From positions 1 through 41,085 of the IMG/VR virus record IMGVR_UViG_3300019468_000025: a stretch of DNA of 41,085 nt, one strand, 5' to 3'. Positions 34,878-41,085 of the stretch are shown here, one piece after another. A model generated the notes under the pieces. The model was given only the letters and a program-made list of their open reading frames with translations, ran no database searches and had not been told where the DNA came from. A program made the translations under genes and the position numbers. Within the stretch, counting starts at the first letter, position 1. Each line of letters starts with the position of its first letter. This DNA is from a virus.

Positions 34878-35735
34878 TTGAACTTTGACAAGCTAATAGC
34901 TTGCTTTGACGCTGATTGGGACGAATCTAAGCATCCACGTGCTAAGAATGGCCAATTTGGTAAGAAAGGCAGCGGTGGTAGTACATCGACTGGCTCTAAG
35001 GAGAAGAAATCTTCTACGATGAGCAAGTCTTACAAAGCTCTTTCGCCGAGTCAAAAGGCGGATGCTAAATCACACGTAGCTAGCCAAATCAAATCAATGA
35101 GCAAAGAGAAACAAATTTCTGTTGCTAATCGTGTGTTGAAAGCACAAGGCAAAGAGCTAATCGTTGCCAACAAAGACGGCACTTATACGTGGACTAACAA
35201 AGGTGAACGTGTGACCACACAGAAGCCACCTCGTATCAAGTCAGACAAGCTAGCTAGAGCGATTGTCTCCAATGGTTACGCTGTACCTGGTATCAAAACT
35301 GGCGTAAGTACTAACACTGCCGCATCAGCTACTAAGCCTAGTAAATCAGAGTCATCTGGTGGTATCACTAGTGAGCAACTAGCTGCTGCTAGACGACTAT
35401 CATCTAAGATGAATGGTGGTAATGGCGGTTCTAAATCCCATAAGGATTTTATCAATACTAAGCTTACACCTAAGCTACGTCAATCATTAGAACGTAACCT
35501 AGGTGAAGCAGAGGACAACCTTTATAGACGTTCCCATGATGAAGGCTGGAGGATGAAGCGCTCTGACATTTACCAAGTAGCTACTTTGGTAAAGCAAGGT
35601 CTACGTAGTATGGCTAGTAATACTGATACTCTTAATAAGATTGTAGGTGTAATTCGTATGTTCCCAAAAAAGGGTGATATGAATGGTGATATTGCTGACC
35701 GGCTCATAAAAGAGCTACATAAAATTCATAAATAG
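34878..35735 (+). CDS. Minor head or internal protein carrying an HPRAKNGQF motif
   Basis: A TTG start with GGAGG 8 nt upstream. The protein is Ser/Lys-rich. Confidence 0.35.
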   Translation: MNFDKLIACFDADWDESKHPRAKNGQFGKKGSGGSTSTGSKEKKSSTMSKSYKALSPSQKADAKSHVASQIKSMSKEKQISVANRVLKAQGKELIVANKDGTYTWTNKGERVTTQKPPRIKSDKLARAIVSNGYAVPGIKTGVSTNTAASATKPSKSESSGGITSEQLAAARRLSSKMNGGNGGSKSHKDFINTKLTPKLRQSLERNLGEAEDNLYRRSHDEGWRMKRSDIYQVATLVKQGLRSMASNTDTLNKIVGVIRMFPKKGDMNGDIADRLIKELHKIHK

Positions 35736-35743
35736 GTGATACC

Positions 35744-36889
35744 ATGGCAAATAGTTACTATGGCTCCAGAATCAGTGACAATCTAGCTAAAACACCTGAG
35801 GGGTTCCTTGTATGTCATAATGTACCTGTTGCTAGAGTTGGTACACAGGAATACCTGGGTCATGAGGTTGGTAAACCTGATAAAGATATTGTGACTGTAT
35901 ACCGCAGACCAGACGAAGTCTTTAAAAAGTCTGCTATTGACTCCTTTGAGGGTAAACCTGTAACGAATGACCATCCACCTAAATTGGTTGAGGGTGGTGA
36001 CGCTATGGCGTACCTCAAAGGTGTCTGTAAGAATGTTCACAGAGGTACTGGCGATGATTCAGATAAAGTTGTTGCTGACCTTGTGATATATGACCCAATG
36101 CTTATCTCCCTTATCGAGAATGGTAAACGTGAGATAAGTGCTGGTTATACTTGCTCCTATGCTGACTACAACGGCGAGCTGGAGCAGGTTGATATTGTGG
36201 GAAACCACATCGCTGTTGTAGACAAAGGCAGAGCTGGAAACTCTGTTGCTATCCGTGATGAGAAGCCTACAAGGAGGAAGAAGATGGCAAAGAAAAAACA
36301 AAGCATTCTGGACAGAATGTTCCATGTCTTTGTGAATGACGAAGACACAACTCCAGAGGACATCAAAGAGGCTGCTGACGCTGTAAACGAACTCGAAGAG
36401 GAGACAACTGACGATACTCCTACTACTGAGGACCCAACAGCAAAAGCTATCCAAGATGCCCTAAAACCAATCATGGACCGTTTAGAAGCACTTGAAGCTA
36501 CTAAGGACTCTGATGATGATAAGGAAGACTTCGTTGAGGACTCTGATGATGACGAGGACGAAGAATTCCTTACAGATGCAGACGAGGACGAAGATGACGA
36601 AGTCAACGACGAAGACGGCGAAGCATCCCCAGAGGAAATTGCTGAGCATTTAGACCATGATACTGTGGCCTATATGTTAAAAGCTATCCGTCCGCAAGTA
36701 GCACGTATGCCGGCAAAAGATGCACAGGCTATCACTAAGACTTTAAATCAAGCGCTTAAACGTCAACCTACCAACGATTATGACAAGCTTTTCAATCATG
36801 TAACCAAAACTAAAAACACACCTGAAAAAGGTGCATTTGGTGAAGCTTGCCGTTCCCGTAACCCACATTACAAAGGAGGTAACAAATAA
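35744..36889 (+). CDS. Scaffolding-like protein with an acidic C-terminal tract
   Basis: A 381-aa ORF carrying a poly-D/E segment (DSDDDKEDFVEDSDDDEDEEF...). The position before the decoration and capsid genes supports the call. Confidence 0.4.
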   Translation: MANSYYGSRISDNLAKTPEGFLVCHNVPVARVGTQEYLGHEVGKPDKDIVTVYRRPDEVFKKSAIDSFEGKPVTNDHPPKLVEGGDAMAYLKGVCKNVHRGTGDDSDKVVADLVIYDPMLISLIENGKREISAGYTCSYADYNGELEQVDIVGNHIAVVDKGRAGNSVAIRDEKPTRRKKMAKKKQSILDRMFHVFVNDEDTTPEDIKEAADAVNELEEETTDDTPTTEDPTAKAIQDALKPIMDRLEALEATKDSDDDKEDFVEDSDDDEDEEFLTDADEDEDDEVNDEDGEASPEEIAEHLDHDTVAYMLKAIRPQVARMPAKDAQAITKTLNQALKRQPTNDYDKLFNHVTKTKNTPEKGAFGEACRSRNPHYKGGNK

Positions 36890-37371
36890 TGCCAGGAAAA
36901 GTTATTGGTAAATCTTTAAATTATGGCTATCCAGGTCAAATCGCACGTACTGGCGATGAAGTATCCCGTACATTCCCAGTTAAATCTGGTACAATTAACT
37001 TTGGTCAAGCTGTACAACTTAACGCAGATGGCCTAGTGATTCCATTTGCTGGTGAGTTCGCTGGTGTAGCTATGAGACGTGTGAAGTCTGCATTATCCTA
37101 CATTGGTCAAAACCTTGGTCAATACATCGAAGGAGATGCCTGTGATGTGTTAGAACGTGGCTCTATCACTGTTAAGGTTGTAGCTGGTACAGCTAAACCA
37201 GGCGGTAAAGTATACGTATATAAAACAGCAGCAGCTGGTAAAGCTGTTGGTGACTTCGCAGCTTCGGCAGATGCAACAAACACAACTGAGCTAACAGATG
37301 TGAAGTTTGTTACTACTGCTGACGCTAACGGCGTTGCTGAAATCGTTATCTTAAATCGTAAAGGGCTATAG
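36889..37371 (+). CDS. Head decoration-like protein
   Basis: A 160-aa Gly/Ala-rich ORF immediately upstream of the major capsid protein, with a strong ribosome-binding site. Confidence 0.35.
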   Translation: MPGKVIGKSLNYGYPGQIARTGDEVSRTFPVKSGTINFGQAVQLNADGLVIPFAGEFAGVAMRRVKSALSYIGQNLGQYIEGDACDVLERGSITVKVVAGTAKPGGKVYVYKTAAAGKAVGDFAASADATNTTELTDVKFVTTADANGVAEIVILNRKGL

Positions 37372-37382
37372 GAGGTTAAAGT

Positions 37383-38381
37383 ATGACATTCCCTAAATTT
37401 GGTGGCAACCCAATGCCTGTAATGGACGCTTCTGCTATCACTTCTGGCTTAGCGTTCTTGGAGTCTGAACTTGAAAAGAAAGACTCTATGCTTCGTGAAC
37501 CTTTGCAGTCCACTACTTATCCCCGTGATATCACCATTCAATCTGGTGGTGGTTGGGTAGAAGCTACTTCCGCATTTAATGTGGACTACGGTGTGACTGG
37601 TGGCTCTGGCTCTGGTGCCGTAGGTGGCGTAGCTAATGCTATCCGTTCTATCCAAGCTAACGTAGGTAAAGACCTATTCAAGGTATTACCTTATGAAGTA
37701 ACTATGAACATTAAGTATGTTGATGTTCAACGTGGTATGGTTACTGGCCGCTCTATTGAAAAAATGTACAATGACGGTATCCGCTTGGACTTTGATAAGT
37801 TCATGGACTCCAATGTATATATTGGTAATGCTGAGTACGGTACACAAGGCTTGGTTAACCAGCCTAACATTACTCCAGCTTCTGTTAAAGTGAACGCAGC
37901 TTCTAAAACAGAATGGGTAAACAAAACCCCACAAGAAATTCTTGATGACATCAACGAAGCTATTCTAGCTGCATGGGAAGCTTCTGGATATGATGAATCT
38001 GCTATCCCTAACCATATCTTGTTACCGCCTGCACATTATACCCGCTTGGTAAATACAACTCTTGCAGTAGCTGGAGTTGCTTCTGGTGGTATTTCTTTAT
38101 TGAACTACTTGCTTGAAAACAACCTAGCTAAGTCCAAAGGTGTGGATTTATTCATTGGCGAGTGTCGTTGGTGCATTGGTGCTGGTGCTGCTGGTAAAGA
38201 CCGCATGATTGCTTACCGCAATGAGGAACGCTTTGTGGGTATGGACTTGCCTGTTGAGCTCAGCCGTGCTATGACTCAACCTGACCCTAACACTGCTTCT
38301 TATGTATCTTTATTTGTAGCTAACGTAGGTCAAGTTAAAGTTCATTATGTTGAGCCATTTGTATACCGTGACGGTATCTAA
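37383..38381 (+). CDS. Major capsid protein
   Basis: A 332-aa ORF with a strong ribosome-binding site (TAGGAGG). Its position after the scaffold and decoration genes supports the call. Confidence 0.55.
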   Translation: MTFPKFGGNPMPVMDASAITSGLAFLESELEKKDSMLREPLQSTTYPRDITIQSGGGWVEATSAFNVDYGVTGGSGSGAVGGVANAIRSIQANVGKDLFKVLPYEVTMNIKYVDVQRGMVTGRSIEKMYNDGIRLDFDKFMDSNVYIGNAEYGTQGLVNQPNITPASVKVNAASKTEWVNKTPQEILDDINEAILAAWEASGYDESAIPNHILLPPAHYTRLVNTTLAVAGVASGGISLLNYLLENNLAKSKGVDLFIGECRWCIGAGAAGKDRMIAYRNEERFVGMDLPVELSRAMTQPDPNTASYVSLFVANVGQVKVHYVEPFVYRDGI

Positions 38382-38392
38382 GGAGGTAAATT

Positions 38393-38764
38393 ATGGTACG
38401 AATCTTTGCACGTAAAGCCGTTGGCTTCCGTAATCATGAAACCAACCAGATTATCCCAGTACGGGCATTAGACTTTGCTGAGTTACCTGATTGGGTTGAA
38501 AAAGACCCCATGTTTGATTGGGCAGTACAGGACGGCACTATTGATGTGATTGAGGGCTCTGGTCCAAAAACGGAAAAAACAATGCCACAAGGCGCTCCAG
38601 ATACTCAACCTGAGGGTAACCCAGGGGGAGACCCTTCTACTGACCCTGAGGACTTAAATTCGCTCTCTAAGGACGAGTTAAAAGCAAAAGCTAAGGAATT
38701 AGGCTTACCTTATTCTGGTAAATCTAAGGATGAGCTTATTGAAGCAATTCAACAAGGTGAGTAA
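38393..38764 (+). CDS. Small protein with a C-terminal HeH/Rho_N-like motif
   Basis: LSKDELKAKAKELGLPYSGKSKDELIEAI. Confidence 0.45.
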   Translation: MVRIFARKAVGFRNHETNQIIPVRALDFAELPDWVEKDPMFDWAVQDGTIDVIEGSGPKTEKTMPQGAPDTQPEGNPGGDPSTDPEDLNSLSKDELKAKAKELGLPYSGKSKDELIEAIQQGE

Positions 38765-38766
38765 TC

Positions 38767-39231
38767 ATGTGGCGCCTAGCAGAACTCCATGCTGTAATAG
38801 CTAGAGCTGCTGGTATGTATTCCACAACTGATAACCCTGAGTACACGAGTGATAACTTTCTAGAAGCTTACCCACAATTCTCTATACTTGATACAAGTGT
38901 AGTAGATGCGTGGGTAGGTATCGCTCATCAGTGCGTTAAATACTCCTTGTGGGATAAAACTTGGGAGTTGGGTATGGGTTTATTCATAGCCCACTTCCTT
39001 ACTTTATATCAACAAACTATGGAAGAAGACTTAGACAACCCTGTACTTTCTAAGGGTTTATCTAAGGGCCTCATAACTTCTGAGTCTGTGGGTGGAATGA
39101 ATGTCTCTTATGACCTAGGCTCATTTACAAGTGAGTTTGACGGGTGGGGCACTTTTAAACAGACTATATTTGGCCAACAGTACGTCCATTTCTTACAGAT
39201 GATGGGCGGCTTCTTTGTATTAGTATGGTGA
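38767..39231 (+). CDS. Head-tail connector or adaptor protein (putative)
   Basis: Position between the capsid gene and the tail module. Confidence 0.35.
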   Translation: MWRLAELHAVIARAAGMYSTTDNPEYTSDNFLEAYPQFSILDTSVVDAWVGIAHQCVKYSLWDKTWELGMGLFIAHFLTLYQQTMEEDLDNPVLSKGLSKGLITSESVGGMNVSYDLGSFTSEFDGWGTFKQTIFGQQYVHFLQMMGGFFVLVW

Positions 39232-39683
39232 TGAAAGTAACCAAGCGCTCTTTGATAAAGCCTAGGAGTATACTCACTAAGCTTAGCAATGTGGACTTGT
39301 TAGTAGGTATACCGCAAGAAACTGATGACAGAAAAGATAGTGAAATAGGTAATGCTGCATTACTTATGCTCCATACTGTTGGTAGTCCAGTGCAAGGTAT
39401 TCCACCTAGACCTACTATACAGCCTACTATAGCGAAACACCAGTCTTTTATTAGAAAATCTCTCTTTACTGCACTAGAAGAATATACAAAGACTGGTAGT
39501 GACGCTAAGCTCCGTGCTTTGGGTATGTATGTGGCTTCACAGATTAAAGAGTTCATTAATGACCCAAACAATGGTCTTACGCCAAACAGCCCTAGGACTA
39601 TACAAAGAAAAGGCTCTTCCTTACCGCTGGTAGATACTGGTGAGATGAGGAATAGCATAACCTATGTGATTAGAAAGAGGTAG
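39225..39683 (+). CDS. Head closure or neck protein (putative)
   Basis: Position. Confidence 0.3.
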   Translation: MVMKVTKRSLIKPRSILTKLSNVDLLVGIPQETDDRKDSEIGNAALLMLHTVGSPVQGIPPRPTIQPTIAKHQSFIRKSLFTALEEYTKTGSDAKLRALGMYVASQIKEFINDPNNGLTPNSPRTIQRKGSSLPLVDTGEMRNSITYVIRKR

Positions 39684-39686
39684 CAT

Positions 39687-40040
39687 ATGATTGATATTTC
39701 TTTCCTACTTTTACGCTCAGCCTTTACCACTAGCTTTACGTTAATAGAGTCAGTAGGTAAGTGGGTGAACGGCAAGTGGGTGGTGTCAGAAGGCCAAGAA
39801 CGTATACTTCATGGCGCTGTATCACCTACATCACAGAAAGACCTTGAACGAATGCCAGAGACTTCTCGCCTAGAATGTACAACTACCTTCTGGGTTAAGG
39901 GTGCTACTCACTTAAATATTGACGCTAGCCACCCACCAAGAATCCGGTATCAGGGTGCTACCTATACTATCACGCAAGAGGAAGACTATTCAAATCATGG
40001 CTTCACAAAGTTATATGGTAAGAAATTAGGGGGTATATAA
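39687..40040 (+). CDS. Tail completion or neck protein (putative)
   Basis: Position and a ribosome-binding site (AAGAGG). Confidence 0.3.
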   Translation: MIDISFLLLRSAFTTSFTLIESVGKWVNGKWVVSEGQERILHGAVSPTSQKDLERMPETSRLECTTTFWVKGATHLNIDASHPPRIRYQGATYTITQEEDYSNHGFTKLYGKKLGGI

Positions 40041-40621
40041 TGAAGTACAATGAGTTATATACCCTTTTAAAGTCTTGTATCTGTGATTGCTTAGTCGTTG
40101 ATATTGATAGCGGTAAAGTCCGTGAAGCTTATCAACAATCAGACGCACCACAGTTCACTATTAATGATGATGTAATTATCACTTATCTCACTGAGAAAGA
40201 TGATAGCTATGCTCATCAACGTAATGTCTCTTATAGTGATAGTAGTAACTCTGTTATTCGTCACCATAAAGGCACTAGGGTGTGGTCTTTACATTGCTAT
40301 TGCTATGGTCCAAACGCCTATGACAATGCGGACCTTATCCGTAGTAAGATATTGACACATGCCTTGAAATCCAAGTTACACTCTAATGGTGTAGCTATTG
40401 TACCTGAAATTCCAACTATTGTCAATACACCTGAGCAGGCCCAAGGTCAATGGTGGACAAGGTATGATATTACTTTGGTATTTAATGAGTCTTATGATTA
40501 TACTGAGGACGTTGGTACGATTGAACATATCAATACTACTGTGAGTATTGCTAAATCACCGGACCCAGCGACACCAGATAAACATAGGGCCACTCATGAT
40601 ATGTTTAACACTAACCGATAG
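40040..40621 (+). CDS. Tail terminator or sheath initiator (putative)
   Basis: Position immediately upstream of the sheath gene, with a GGGGG ribosome-binding site. Confidence 0.3.
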   Translation: MKYNELYTLLKSCICDCLVVDIDSGKVREAYQQSDAPQFTINDDVIITYLTEKDDSYAHQRNVSYSDSSNSVIRHHKGTRVWSLHCYCYGPNAYDNADLIRSKILTHALKSKLHSNGVAIVPEIPTIVNTPEQAQGQWWTRYDITLVFNESYDYTEDVGTIEHINTTVSIAKSPDPATPDKHRATHDMFNTNR

Positions 40622-40629
40622 GAGGACAA

Positions 40630-41085
40630 ATGCCAACTAAACCTTTACAACTCAATGAGGTAGTTAACTTTGTGGTTAACCTAGCTCAGCGCTCTGCTCA
40701 ACGTAAAGCCTTTAATGTTATGCTCCTCGTAGGTAAGAACTCTGTGATTCCTAAGGAAGAACGTGTACGAACTTACACTACACTAGAAGCTATGCTTAGT
40801 GACGGCTTTACTGTAACTGACCGACTATATAAAGCTGCTGCTTTGATTAAAGCACAGTCTCGGTCTCCAGTGAAATTCTGTATTGGTACACAAGATACCA
40901 ATGAAACCATGGTACAAGCTATTACTGCTTGCCGTGAAGCTAATTATGAGTGGTATGTAGTGGTACCTTGTGCTGAGCTTACTGTTCAGCAGCATCTAGA
41001 CTCTATGGCTTATACTAATGCTTGTAACCCTGATACTGTGTATGCTTTTACTTCTAAGGCTGCCGAAGACTTACAAGGTGCTGAT
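40630..41085 (+). CDS. Tail sheath protein, 5' portion (continues at window position 128)
   Basis: A ribosome-binding site (TAGGAGGACAA). The frame matches ORF 2..799 through the terminal duplication. Confidence 0.55.
   Translation, partial: MPTKPLQLNEVVNFVVNLAQRSAQRKAFNVMLLVGKNSVIPKEERVRTYTTLEAMLSDGFTVTDRLYKAAALIKAQSRSPVKFCIGTQDTNETMVQAITACREANYEWYVVVPCAELTVQQHLDSMAYTNACNPDTVYAFTSKAAEDLQGAD
40959..41085. repeat. 127-bp terminal duplication of window positions 1-127 (circular-contig overlap)
   Basis: Identity checked by direct reading of both ends. Confidence 0.9.

Overview
The window is a complete circular contig of a roughly 41 kb tailed phage with a contractile tail, so it reads as a myovirus-like genome. 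The last 127 bases (40959-41085) exactly repeat bases 1-127, which gives a unit length of 40,958 bp; a 127-bp overlap is typical of a k=127 assembler. The sheath gene runs across the junction. Canonical TTGACA-17-TATAAT promoters with TGn-extended -10 boxes, strong AGGAGG-type ribosome-binding sites, and endolysin, holin, collagen-like and LRR_5 proteins all suggest a low-GC Firmicutes host, but this is inference. The plus strand carries, in order: a P2/PBSX-like tail module (tube, chaperone with a -1 frameshift, tape measure with a C-terminal tail lysozyme domain, baseplate, fiber, collagen-like and LRR proteins); a lysis module (holin, M15 endolysin, then two overlapping membrane coiled-coil reading frames); a cluster of small early genes behind repeated promoters; a primase-helicase; an iteron-like candidate origin; and the packaging and head module (TerS, TerL, portal, Mu-F-like protein, scaffold, major capsid protein, connectors). 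The minus strand (15236-26070) is an early replication and recombination operon: SNF2 helicase, VRR-NUC nuclease, SSB-like protein with HeH repeats, Sak4-like ATPase, Cas4-like exonuclease, family-A DNA polymerase with a UDG-like N-terminal domain, dCMP deaminase, a divergent thymidylate-synthase-fold protein, a dimeric-dUTPase-like protein and a Tmk-like kinase. No integrase or CI-type repressor, tRNA or CRISPR array was seen. The observations most worth a second look are a possible thymidine-replacement or modification pathway, a dense TTTTCCAAAA/TTTTGGAAAA iteron array with TACGTA palindromes, dual-frame lysis-accessory ORFs, and a six-copy early promoter family driving small genes of unknown function. 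All functional calls are read from motifs by eye; no database search was run.
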